Shown piece by piece: positions 48,324 through 58,200 of a DNA stretch of 64,000 bases. Where the stretch lies: contig OZ242008.1 of assembly GCA_965204735.1 (NCBI GenBank), positions 4,076,499-4,140,498 on the forward strand. The letters run 5' to 3'. The stretch comes from Longimicrobiales bacterium. Lineage in GTDB: Bacteria > Gemmatimonadota > Gemmatimonadetes > Longimicrobiales > Gaopeijiaceae. The first letter of the stretch is position 1; each line of letters opens with the position of its first letter. Under the pieces are notes generated by a model. It was not told the DNA's origin and ran no database searches. It saw only the letters and a list, made by a program, of their open reading frames with translations. A program made the translations under genes and the position numbers.

Positions 48324-49286
48324 GTGGCAAGGATCGGGAGGATCGGAAGGCTGATCGGTCGAGGGTTGGCCGTCGGGTTCGCGGCAGGGTTCGGGACGCT
48401 CGGGAGCGGGCTGGCGGGAGCTTTGGCGGGGGCGACGACTTCCACGGGGGCGACGGCGTTCCAGCAGGAGATGGCGGACGTCGAGATCGAGACCATTCGG
48501 CTGGAGGACGACCTGTTCATGCTGGTGGGGCGGGGTGGCAACATCGGCCTGTCGGTGGGCAGCGACGGGGCGTTCTTGGTGGACGACCAGTACGCGCCGC
48601 TGACCGAGAAGATCCTGGCTGCGGTGGCCGCGGTGACCGACCAGCCCGTCCGCTGGGTCTTGAACACGCACTGGCACGGCGACCACACCGGCGGCAACGA
48701 GAACCTGGGCGAGGCCGGCGCCATGATCGTGGCCCACGAGAACGTCTACCGCCGCATGAACCCGGCCGAGTTCGCCGAGCTGGTCGGGCGTTCGCAGCAG
48801 GCCCCGCGCGCCGCGCTGCCCGTGGTGACCTTCGACGACGGCGTGCGCTTCCACTGGAACGGCCGCCACGTCCGAGTCACGCACGTCGGTCGCGCCCACA
48901 CCGACGGCGACGCCATCGTGCACTTCCCTGCCGCCAACGTCTTCCACATGGGCGACACCTTCTTCCTGGGACGCTACCCTTTCGTGGACGTGGACAGCGG
49001 CGGCGGCATCGACGGCGTGATTGCGGCCGCCAACTTCGTGCTGGCGCGCTCCGACGAAGCCACGCGCATCATCCCCGGCCACGGTCCCCTGGCCACGCCC
49101 GTCGACCTGCGCGGCTACCGCGACATGCTGGAGACGGTTCGACTCCGGGTGGCGCGCCTGCTGGCCGACGGCCGCACCGAGGACGAGGTGGTGGCGGCCG
49201 CGCCCACGGCGGACCTGGACGCCCAGTGGGGCGAGAACCCGGAGGGCTTCGTGCGGGCCGTGCATCGGAGCCTGGCGGGAAGGTGA
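48324..49286 (+). CDS. MBL-fold hydrolase (cyclase-like)
   Basis: NTHWHGDHTGGN, AHTDGD, HMGD, IPGHG; GGAGGAG RBS. Confidence 0.92.
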   Translation: MARIGRIGRLIGRGLAVGFAAGFGTLGSGLAGALAGATTSTGATAFQQEMADVEIETIRLEDDLFMLVGRGGNIGLSVGSDGAFLVDDQYAPLTEKILAAVAAVTDQPVRWVLNTHWHGDHTGGNENLGEAGAMIVAHENVYRRMNPAEFAELVGRSQQAPRAALPVVTFDDGVRFHWNGRHVRVTHVGRAHTDGDAIVHFPAANVFHMGDTFFLGRYPFVDVDSGGGIDGVIAAANFVLARSDEATRIIPGHGPLATPVDLRGYRDMLETVRLRVARLLADGRTEDEVVAAAPTADLDAQWGENPEGFVRAVHRSLAGR

Positions 49287-49300
49287 GGGAGGCGAACGAC

Positions 49301-49498
49301 ATGTCGCGAGAGGTTGCTGACACGGAGGTGTCTGTGCCGGAGTCCAAGACAGCGGCTGCACTGGACGGCGTCCCGTTCCCGGACAAGGACTGGCGCGAGC
49401 GAATCGCACGTGCGAAACAGGCTCGGCAAGAAGGCAGAGAGGCACGCCGAGGCAAGCCGTTGACCTTCCGCACCAAATACAAGATCGAGATCGAGTAG
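49301..49498 (+). CDS. Small hypothetical protein
   Basis: GGAGG RBS; 65 aa filling the gap between co-oriented genes. Confidence 0.55.
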   Translation: MSREVADTEVSVPESKTAAALDGVPFPDKDWRERIARAKQARQEGREARRGKPLTFRTKYKIEIE

Positions 49499-49501
49499 GC
49501 T

Positions 49502-50206
49502 TTGCGAGTCAAGGACGTCTTCGACTTCGAGGGCGAATACGGCGAAGGGTACGAGGAGTTGGCCCGGCGGGTCATTCCGGGGTACGAAACGCTGTTTCCC
49601 ATGCTCGCGGCGCTCCTCGACCCCGATCTCCCCGCAGGAGGCCGTGTTCTGGTGGTCGGCGCGGGCACCGGCATCGAGCTCGTCACGCTCAAGTGGGCGC
49701 GACCGGACCTGGCCCTCCACGGCGTCGATCCGTCTCGACAGATGCTGGACCTGGCCCGCCGCCGCGTCGAGGAGGCCGGAAACGTCAACGGGATCACCTA
49801 CCAGCTCGGCTATGCGGAAGACGTGGTCGCGCCGCCACTGTTCGACGCCGCCACGCTTGTCAACGTGCTCCACTTCGTCCCGGACGACGGTGGCAAGGCG
49901 TCGCTGCTCCAGTCGATCGCTGAGCGGGTCAGACCAGGAGGAACCTTCGCCCTCTTCGACCTTCAAGGCGACCCCGATTCCGCCGAGTACGCCCGCAGCA
50001 TGCCTGCCTGGCGGCGCTACTGGACGCTCATGGGCATGAACGCCAAGGACAAGCCGCACTTCGACGAAATGATTCGCACCGGCATCCACTTCGCGTCGCC
50101 GGAACGCACAATCGCACTGGCCCTGGAGGCGGGCTTCGACAAGCCGCGCCGCTTCTACAAGAGTCTCCTCTACGGCGGCTGGACGTTCAGGAGGTTGCCG
50201 GCCTAG
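49502..50206 (+). CDS. Class I SAM-dependent methyltransferase (CmoA-like)
   Basis: RRVIPGYE, VLVVGAGTG, GVDPSRQML, VLHF, RPGG. Confidence 0.88.
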   Translation: MRVKDVFDFEGEYGEGYEELARRVIPGYETLFPMLAALLDPDLPAGGRVLVVGAGTGIELVTLKWARPDLALHGVDPSRQMLDLARRRVEEAGNVNGITYQLGYAEDVVAPPLFDAATLVNVLHFVPDDGGKASLLQSIAERVRPGGTFALFDLQGDPDSAEYARSMPAWRRYWTLMGMNAKDKPHFDEMIRTGIHFASPERTIALALEAGFDKPRRFYKSLLYGGWTFRRLPA

Positions 50207-52518
50207 TTGGCGATCCAGCCCAGCTCTTCCACGACCGTGCGAAACGTCAAGTCCATGTCGCGGTAGGTCTCCGCGATCGCGGCTTCCTTCGCCGCCCTCG
50301 GGAGCGTCGGCGACTGTCGCGTCTCTTCGGCCTGCCGACGCATTGCCGTGGCTCTTGAAGCCACGCGGTTCGTTGCCCGGTCCAGGGCGCACACGGGCGG
50401 TCCTCCGGCAAAGGCGGAAGTGCGCGAGGGGCGAGGACACCGGATGCCGCCGCGTTTCTCGTCGTCGGCCCACTTCGCCAAGCGGTAGAACTCGTCGGGC
50501 CAGCGGGTGCGCCGGGGCCGGGGAGACTGGATGCCGTAGACGCCGATCAGCATCCGCCCGGCACGCGGGAAGGGCAGCGCGCCGTCGTTCCACGCGGCTT
50601 CGTCGAGCGCGGTGGCGATCAGCGTGCCCAAGTGGCCGGTGTAGCCGCGCCAAATCGTCTGCACGTGAAGGGGCGACACGTTGAGCGCCTCTCCGAGGGC
50701 GACGTAGGGAGCGGCCGTCGAGCGGAACTTCTGCTGTTCCGGGCGCCAGTTCGTCATGTAGCCCGGAACGATCTCGCCGCCGAAGTAGTTGCGGTTGGTG
50801 TAGATGTCGATCAGAGGCGCGACGACTGCCGGCTTCCAGCCCATCCACAAGTTGCCGTGCACGATCTCCCACGCGAAGCGGGACCCGGCGACCGTGCCGA
50901 TCCCGCCCATCAGGTCCAGCGCGGCTTCGGGGAGCTTGATGAACGCGGCGCCGATCTGGAACGGCACTGGAAGCCGCACGTCGGTGCCGCCCACGTCGTA
51001 CAGCGTGACCCACGCGGCCTTGCTCCATTCGGCTTCTCCCTCGTAGGCGGCGCGGCGCTCCGGGTCCGACGTGTTCCATGCCCAGACGAAGGTGCTGGCG
51101 GCGGCCATGAGCGCCCCGGCGGCAAGGGTCTTGCGCACGTGCTGCCGCTGGTCCGGGCTGCGCTTGCCGCTGGCGGGCCGCCGGGCGATCTGGTACAGCT
51201 GGTCCAGCCCTTGCAGCGCCGCGTTCAGGAAGGGCACGGTGTGCACGTACATGCGCCATGGCCGCGCCGACCCGATGTTGGCGAAGTCGCTCGACACCAT
51301 CCGGGCCGCTCGGCTCGCCTCGTAGCCCAGCGCGCCCGCGGCCTTCGCCTTCTGGAACTGGTCCAGCCGCGTTCCCGCCTCCGCGATCCATGCCGGGCGC
51401 GTCGCCCAGTGCACTGCCAGCGACCACCAGCGGCGCGGCGTTGCCCAGCGGTGGGGACCTGCGCGCGCCGGCGCGAAGTCGGTCTCGGCCTCGACGAGTC
51501 CCGAGTAGAAGCCGCCTTGCAGCAGGTAGTCGCGCATCGCCGCGCTTTGCCCGCTCGCCATGTCGGCGACCGCATGGCAGCTTCCGGCCAGCGTCCCCAG
51601 GAACGGGACTTGCCAGTACCGACCGGCCACGAACCCCGCCAGCGTGTCGCGGAAGAAGTTCTTCAGCACGAACACGGGCATTGCCGTGATCATCGCGCTC
51701 ACCGCCGTGCGCACGGCCGCCAGCGTCCGCGCCAGGGGCGGCATCGGGGGCTCGTGGACGCTGGCCAGCATCGACGCCAGCGCGGGATCGTGAACGTGCC
51801 ACCGGCGACGGACGCCCCCATGCAATGCCGTGTGCACGTTGGGGCGCCGTCGGTGATCTGCCGGCTCCGCGAACCGACGACCGTGCGGGTGGGCTTCGAT
51901 CACGCGGAACAGATCGGCCCGCGCCCTGGCGGACAAGGCGTTGTAGAGGTTCGCTCCGAAGGCGCTTCGCAGCGCGGCCACCAAGTCCCCGACCTCCGAG
52001 GGGTCGAGACCGTTCCTGATCTCGTTGCCGTCCTCCGTGAGCAGCGGCTCCAGCACAGGCATCGGGCGCGCCTTCCACCGCGCCGCCTCTGCGCCCGTCA
52101 GCCACTCCATCTGCACGTAATAGTCCAGCATCGCCCGGTGGAGCGTGGCAATTCCGTCGGCGCACTTGCGGACGTCGGGGCGGGCGGCCAGTGGGCCGGT
52201 TGCGGCTTTGCCGGACGCCAGCTTGACCGCCGTCTCCAGCGCTTTGCGGTCGTCGCCCTCGCTGGCCAGCGGCGCGATGATCTCTTGCAGGCCCGGTCCC
52301 TGGACGGGGACTCGGCCGCCGCCGTTGTCCGCCTCTCGGAAGGCGCCGTGCAGCCAGACGTACTGCACCAGCGAGCGGGCGTGATTGATGTGCTCGAAGC
52401 GTCGTCCGAGGGCGTCGCCCGCGCCGAGCGCTTCGCCGAGGGTCTGGGCCGCGTGCCAACGGTGAACGAACAGGGTGCGCCACAGTCGGAGGCGGGCTCG
52501 GAGTTCTTTGCTGGTCAT
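50203..52518 (-). CDS. LPD38-domain protein (related to phage large polyvalent/ejection proteins)
   Basis: NFFRDT, VPFLNAALQG, W.K..W, LPVPFQIG..F..LPE, NRNYFGGEIVP, SPLH...GYTGHLG match the recalled LPD38 pattern. Confidence 0.65.
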   Translation of the reverse strand: MTSKELRARLRLWRTLFVHRWHAAQTLGEALGAGDALGRRFEHINHARSLVQYVWLHGAFREADNGGGRVPVQGPGLQEIIAPLASEGDDRKALETAVKLASGKAATGPLAARPDVRKCADGIATLHRAMLDYYVQMEWLTGAEAARWKARPMPVLEPLLTEDGNEIRNGLDPSEVGDLVAALRSAFGANLYNALSARARADLFRVIEAHPHGRRFAEPADHRRRPNVHTALHGGVRRRWHVHDPALASMLASVHEPPMPPLARTLAAVRTAVSAMITAMPVFVLKNFFRDTLAGFVAGRYWQVPFLGTLAGSCHAVADMASGQSAAMRDYLLQGGFYSGLVEAETDFAPARAGPHRWATPRRWWSLAVHWATRPAWIAEAGTRLDQFQKAKAAGALGYEASRAARMVSSDFANIGSARPWRMYVHTVPFLNAALQGLDQLYQIARRPASGKRSPDQRQHVRKTLAAGALMAAASTFVWAWNTSDPERRAAYEGEAEWSKAAWVTLYDVGGTDVRLPVPFQIGAAFIKLPEAALDLMGGIGTVAGSRFAWEIVHGNLWMGWKPAVVAPLIDIYTNRNYFGGEIVPGYMTNWRPEQQKFRSTAAPYVALGEALNVSPLHVQTIWRGYTGHLGTLIATALDEAAWNDGALPFPRAGRMLIGVYGIQSPRPRRTRWPDEFYRLAKWADDEKRGGIRCPRPSRTSAFAGGPPVCALDRATNRVASRATAMRRQAEETRQSPTLPRAAKEAAIAETYRDMDLTFRTVVEELGWIAN

Positions 52519-52547
52519 TTGGGTGTCAGTGGCTGATCTTGGGCTGA

Positions 52548-53384
52548 TCAGGGCTGTGATCCCATCGAGCGCCAAGCAGCAACACGAGCCTGCCGGAACT
52601 TTGTAGCTTCATCAGAGGAAAGCGTCACAGATGGATCAAAAAGAATCGATCCGTCGGGAAACCGTGAAATCATCCAAAAACGCCACTCTTGAGCAAGTTC
52701 GCATGCTCCGTCAACAGAGATTGCGAAACCTTCTAACGCCAGATTGTACAACATTTTGCCCATTCGGGTTAGTTCTTCTCCTTTTATGCGATTGGCGTTG
52801 CCCATACCCTTCACCACTTCCAGGGTGAGAGGAGGGACGGTAAAGACCTTGCCAGGAGGAGTTTTCAGTTCATAAGTGTCCGGGGATCGCCTCGGGTTCT
52901 CAATCAACCCAGCTTCATAAAGGAGTACCCGTTCTTCGTCGTTTGGGAACGAACCTTGCTTTTTGGGTCGAGGGAGAAAACCACCCAAACAAACAAACGG
53001 GGCTGCTTTCATAAAGATCGCAGCCTCGTTGTGGTCCATCCTCTTCATCGTTCCAATCAATCGCTTGCTCGAGCTACCAGGTGCTTCGAGTTCACCAGCC
53101 AGAAGACGAGCCCAGAGTTCTTGTTCAGGTTCAGTCGAGGCACGGGACGCACCCTCCATGATCTCCAAGAATCTCACCGGATCATGAGATCCCGGAACCT
53201 TCTTGCCGCGTCTAAAGTAAGATGACGTCTTCGTGAAGACTTGACATAGATTGTCATGAAGAACTGGAAGCACCCTAGCATTTACAAAGGATACTACCAT
53301 TGACGTAGTTATTGGGTCAAGCCCCCAGCCTTGGAGTGATACACCTAAAGCTGTACCGACAGCGGCTTTGGTCTCTTCATTCAT
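52548..53384 (-). CDS. DUF2806/Abi-alpha-like protein, low GC
   Basis: QELWARLLAGELEAPGSSSKR...EA..F motif; AAGGAG RBS; markedly AT-richer than flanks. Confidence 0.7.
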   Translation of the reverse strand: MNEETKAAVGTALGVSLQGWGLDPITTSMVVSFVNARVLPVLHDNLCQVFTKTSSYFRRGKKVPGSHDPVRFLEIMEGASRASTEPEQELWARLLAGELEAPGSSSKRLIGTMKRMDHNEAAIFMKAAPFVCLGGFLPRPKKQGSFPNDEERVLLYEAGLIENPRRSPDTYELKTPPGKVFTVPPLTLEVVKGMGNANRIKGEELTRMGKMLYNLALEGFAISVDGACELAQEWRFWMISRFPDGSILFDPSVTLSSDEATKFRQARVAAWRSMGSQP

Positions 53385-53586
53385 CTTCGTTCTCCTTGTT
53401 GCGGTGGTTCCTTTGCGGATCCGAATAGTGTACGGTCGCAGCGAGTCCGCATTTCGCACTGAAGCTTAACGGAATGTCCGGTGGAAGTCGACTCCTCATC
53501 ATTTTTCTCTCCCCAGCAGCTTGGTTCCTTGGTCGATCCAGTCGATGCGGCCGCTGACGGAGCCGCCAGACCCGAAACTCGCCGCT

Positions 53587-53713
53587 GGCGCTTCAAGTCG
53601 GGACCGACGCTCTCGATGGGGAACGACTCAACGGTCGAGAGGTCAAGCGGGTGGCCCCAGCCCCTGGCGGCGAAGTCCATGCGAGGGCGGCCTTCCATGC
53701 GGGGCGTGCGAGG
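53587..53713 (-). pseudogene. Internally deleted 5' remnant of an Rpn-family paralog
   Basis: RMEGRPRM-DFAARGWGHPLDLSTVESFPIESVGPDLKR aligns to RMEGRHRM...DFAAKGWVHRLDLRAVKPFLTESVSADLKR at 60621-60840, also at DNA level. Confidence 0.8.
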
Positions 53714-53835
53714 TGGCACTACGTGGCGGGGCACCCGCGTCCGCGTGAGCAGACCGCTACAGTGCGACTGTCGCTTCAAGGTCCCTTCACCGCGCGCGGG
53801 GTGCTTGCATGCCCGAATGGGACGGACTCGGGAGT

Positions 53836-53970
53836 TCGCGGTCACCCGTGACCGCCAAATCGGTTTTGCGGCCACGAAACGGCCAAGGTGGCCGCTAAGC
53901 TGGCTGAACGGACACGAACGACGCCAATCGGCTCTCCCGTGGCCGGGTCGCGGTCACCGGTGACCGCCAA
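53836..53970. repeat. Two 23-bp direct repeats, each an 18-bp (near-)palindrome
   Basis: TCGCGGTCACC(C/G)GTGACCGCCAA at 53836-53858 and 53948-53970. Confidence 0.85.
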
Positions 53971-53992
53971 GCGTGTCGTGTGCTCCCTGTCG

Positions 53993-55273
53993 CTACGGTC
54001 CCGGCGGCTCGATTCGCCAGATGTCCACGTGGTCCAAGCCCAGGCTGTCTTGGCGAATCAGCGCAAGGTGGCGGGCGCCGAACGCGGGCAGCGGACCCGT
54101 CTTGCGGTCGCGGGCGGGCAAGCGGGCCAGCAGCCTGCCTTCGGGGTCGAAGAGATCCCAGTGCTTTCCGCCGTCCCGTTCCGCTTCGATCCACATGCGC
54201 CCCCGAGCATCGAGGAAGATGCCGGCCATGAACGGCTTTGCGGACGGCCTGCTCAAGCGGGGAGGTTCGCAGGACGCGCCGGGCCTCTCCGCCAGCCACG
54301 CGTCGAACTGTTGAGAAAGGGCGTCCCACTCCTCGTCGGAAACGGGCTCCGGAGCCAGCTCCCGCTCGATTGTCCGCAACGTGTCGCTTTGCCGGGCGAC
54401 GACGATTCGATACTCGTTCGAGACAGCCGTGTAGAGCGTGCCGCCGGGTCCTGGATGCTCAAGGAGGCGCGACGAAAAAGGGTCTCCGAAGAAGTCGACG
54501 ACCAGAGAGGCTCCGCGCTGCGCGCGGCACGTCAGCGAACCTCCCGATCCCCAGGAGGAAACGAGCGGCCGCACGGTGTCGGGCGTCGCGCCGTCGGCGG
54601 CGTGGCCGTGGAACTCGTACGTCAAGGAACTGGTCTCGGTGCGTCTGTCCACCAGCGCACGCGCATACGCTTCGTCGGGGCCGGTCGGGTACAGGGCGAA
54701 CGCGGGGCTGCCGCGCCCGATGCCGGGAACCCGTCGCTGTCCGCTCCACTCTCCGTCGGCAGTGAACTCGCCGATCCGACCTCCGGCGAAGTCGTAGGTC
54801 AGCAGCTTGTCGCCTACCCACGCGATGGAGTAGAGGTGTTCGGTGAACTCTCCTGGACCCGCTCCGCATCGCCCGAAGGTACGAACGTGAGTCCCGTCGA
54901 GCCCGAAGACCCTGATCTCGCAGTTCAGCCGGTCGGCGACGTACACGGCCTGTTCGCCAGGGCCGAAGGTCACGCTCGCGACGGAGCCGAAGTCGCGCGG
55001 GGTGGCTTCGGCGGACGTGGCGTCGGGGCCGATCGACGCAACGGGCGCCAAGTTCCACTCCGGCGGATCGCCCCTGTTCACGACACGAACCCACGTGCCC
55101 GCGGTGTCGACGGTGACCGTCAGCGCATCGTCGGCCGTGGGCGTGCGCGCCGATTCTCCTGAGCCGCCGCAACTGGCCGCGAGCGCTGTCGCTCCGGTTG
55201 CCAGCGCCAAGCGCGACCGATGCCGGACGCCTCGGCCAGCGCAGGTCTCTACTACTACCGGTCCCATAGCCAT
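53993..55273 (-). CDS. 6-bladed beta-propeller (NHL-like) lipoprotein
   Basis: Lipobox LAASC; VYVADR...IRVFG..G..VRTFGR.G.GPGEF; WDLFDPEGRLL. Start uncertain. Confidence 0.8.
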   Translation of the reverse strand: MAMGPVVVETCAGRGVRHRSRLALATGATALAASCGGSGESARTPTADDALTVTVDTAGTWVRVVNRGDPPEWNLAPVASIGPDATSAEATPRDFGSVASVTFGPGEQAVYVADRLNCEIRVFGLDGTHVRTFGRCGAGPGEFTEHLYSIAWVGDKLLTYDFAGGRIGEFTADGEWSGQRRVPGIGRGSPAFALYPTGPDEAYARALVDRRTETSSLTYEFHGHAADGATPDTVRPLVSSWGSGGSLTCRAQRGASLVVDFFGDPFSSRLLEHPGPGGTLYTAVSNEYRIVVARQSDTLRTIERELAPEPVSDEEWDALSQQFDAWLAERPGASCEPPRLSRPSAKPFMAGIFLDARGRMWIEAERDGGKHWDLFDPEGRLLARLPARDRKTGPLPAFGARHLALIRQDSLGLDHVDIWRIEPPGP

Positions 55274-58200
55274 TCCAGTCCAGAGAACGCCAGCTCTCGG
55301 CCGAAGCCCCTGATGTTGTCCTCGACGTTGATGATCAAGCACCGCTCGTTGCCGCCATTCTTCGGGCCGCGCAGACCTCGCCCGATCATCTGAAAGTACA
55401 GGTTGGGGCTGTAGACCGGTCGTGCCACCATGATGACGCGTGTGTTGGGGGCGTCGAACCCCTCTGCGAACACTCGATAGTTGACCAGCACCTGCACCTC
55501 CCCGCGACGAAATTCTTCCACCACCTGCCGGCGTGAGTACGTCTCGGTCTCGCCGCTCACGGACCGGGCTCGAATGCCCTCCAGATTGAGCAGCGTGGCG
55601 ATCGTGTGGCTGTGGTCGACAGACGTGGCGAAGACGAGGGTGGGCCATGCATGACCTGCTACGTAACGCTTGTACGCATCGACGATCCTCTCCGTGCGCT
55701 CCCGGTCGGCGGCGAGGCGTTGCTCCGCCGTTCGTGGCAGCCAAGCGTGGTGAGGCGTGCTGTCCAGCTCTTCCTTCTCGGCCTTCGTAAGGACGAACTC
55801 TCCTGCGCCTTCGACCGCCTGGTGGTCGGCCTTCGCCAGGATGCCGTGTTCCTGCAGGAGGCGCACGACCGATTCCGGCTCGGTTGTGGGAAACGCCTTA
55901 TCGTCCAGGCGGTTGTGGTCATATCGGTCTGCCAGCCTAGCGGTCTCACGCTTGCTCTGCCCCCGATACGGCGTGGCGGTAAGTCCGATCAGGAATGGTT
56001 CGTCCGATCGCTTCCATCGAGTTACGCCGAGTTCATGCTGTACGGATGTTGCCGTGGGCGCCGTGGATCGATGAGCCTCGTCGAACACAACCACCGAGAA
56101 GTCGAAGTGATGCCGGGCAACGTCTACCTTGTTTCGCAAGGTCTGGGGCGTCGCTACAACGACGTTTCGGCCTGGTCCCGGCTCCGGTCCTGATTGGCCG
56201 CCCCACATCCTGGACACGCGCAGTCGCTGCCCTTGGGGGCCCACCGCAGACCATACTTGACACCAAGCCTGCACAGCCTGCTCGCACAGCTCGTCCCGGT
56301 CGGCGACCCACAGAATGCTGCCCTCCAGATCCTTGTCCATGGCCGTGACGATGGCTTCGACGGCGGCGCGAGTCTTCCCGGCGCCTGTGGGCAGCGTCAT
56401 CATCCCACGTCGGTCGGCTCCCGCTCCGCCAGCCGACTCCAAGAGCATCTTGTGGATGTTGTCGACGATCGTCTTCTGGTAACCGTGAAGCTTGGGCAGG
56501 GAGTGCGGCGCATTCACCTCTTGGAACGGACGCCGGCTGTGGCCTCGTTCACCGGCCCACTCCTCCGGAAACCCTAGGGAGCAAACGAACTTGCGAGCCT
56601 CCGCCGATCCTGCCCACCGGGAGGGTGGCTCAAGGCGCGTCAGAAACGACTGATACTCCTTCAACGCCCCTGTGTGATATCTGGCTATCGCCGCCTTCGC
56701 GATCTTGGCCGGCGTCAGCGGCTCGATCGCGGCCAGGACCGACCGCCCAAGACGAGATTGGAGTCCTTCGCGACCGACGGCGAGAAGCAAACGTTCCTCG
56801 TCGCTTGAGCCTCTTCTGACGAGATCGCGTTCGCGATCGACATCGTTGGGCCCGATTGGCTCCGGGTGAGGATAGTCGAGGCCAAAGACGTCCCGAATCT
56901 GCTCGGCCTTCGGATGTGTCATCAGGGTCCGCAGCGCAGATGCGTACTTCTGGGGCGACGTGCGGAGGTCGCGCATGGTTGCGTAGCGGCCGTCGAAATC
57001 GATCAAGCCGTGCTTCAGGATGGCGTGGACCGTCAGCGAATCGAACTCGCGCTCGCCCCAGCCCGGCCGAGATTTGTGGCGCATCGTCCAGCGCGCATAT
57101 GTGTCGTCGTGATCCAACAGCAGCGTTGTGTACTGCGCCTTGCCTTCGTCCGTCAGGTATTCCATGAGGTCAAGCGGCCCGGCACCCTGGGTGGCGTCAA
57201 ATACGAGGAACTTGGTGTGGGGTTTGCCGTCAACGCTGCGCCGGAACTCCTCTCGCTTGTCACACAAGAACGACAAGAAGAGAGTGCTGTCCGCCAGCTC
57301 GACACACCCACGCGGCCCCTCCGAAGCGCCAAGGCTTCGCAACAGGTCCATGTCCTCCTGATGATACTTCGTGTCTATGGCAAAGCCAGCGTCGCGCGTG
57401 CCATCGTACGGCACTACGCACCCGGGCAGCAACACATGGCGCAACCTCTGCCAAGTTCCTTTGATCGTGCGTACGCACGGTTCGCGAGGACACGCGGTGA
57501 TGACGCGACAAGCCTCCTGCGGGTCGACTGGACGGGCAAGTCGCCAGAACTTGTCCCAACTTTCACCGCCACCACAGGCTTCACCCTTGCCGACACCCAG
57601 CATCGCTTTGGCCTCGGCCTTGAAGAGCCCGGCTGGCGACATCCACTGGACGCCGAGGAGGACCAACAGCCCAAGGGTCAATGGATCACAAGCAACGTCA
57701 CGATGGACGATCAAGCCGTCATCGCCGTGGAAACCGTCGTACTCCTTCTCTTCGAGGACGAAGACCTCTGCGGAGCCTGGCTCCTTCCATGCCCCAGACT
57801 GCGTCAGCACAATCTCGCCAAATTCGGAATGATCAACCGAGGCACCCGTTTTCGTGGCGGCAATGGCGAGAGCGTGCCGCCGATCGGTCCGGGCTCCAGG
57901 AGAACCGTCCTGGGGAAGGTCACGCCAGGAGGCGCCGATCCAGATCGCAATCTTGGACGCCACGACGGCCTCGTCGCCTGGACGCTCCACAACCGACTCC
58001 AGAAGGCTCGCGAAGCGATCAACCGGGGCACCCGTGATCATGGCTGCAATGTTGATCGCAGTCTTGGACGCCACGACGGCTTCGTCGCCCACCTGACCCT
58101 TCACAAGCGACTCCAGCCAGCACGCGAAGGACTCCCGACGCACGGGTCGACTGGGTTTCTGCTCGTTCAGGTTCCCGGAGCGGAGGCGGTCAATCTTTGC

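Noticed and set aside
50203..53384. Prophage
   Set aside because: No integrase, terminase, capsid or tail genes in the window.
53836..53970. CRISPR array
   Set aside because: Only two repeats with an 89-bp spacer, and no cas genes in the window.
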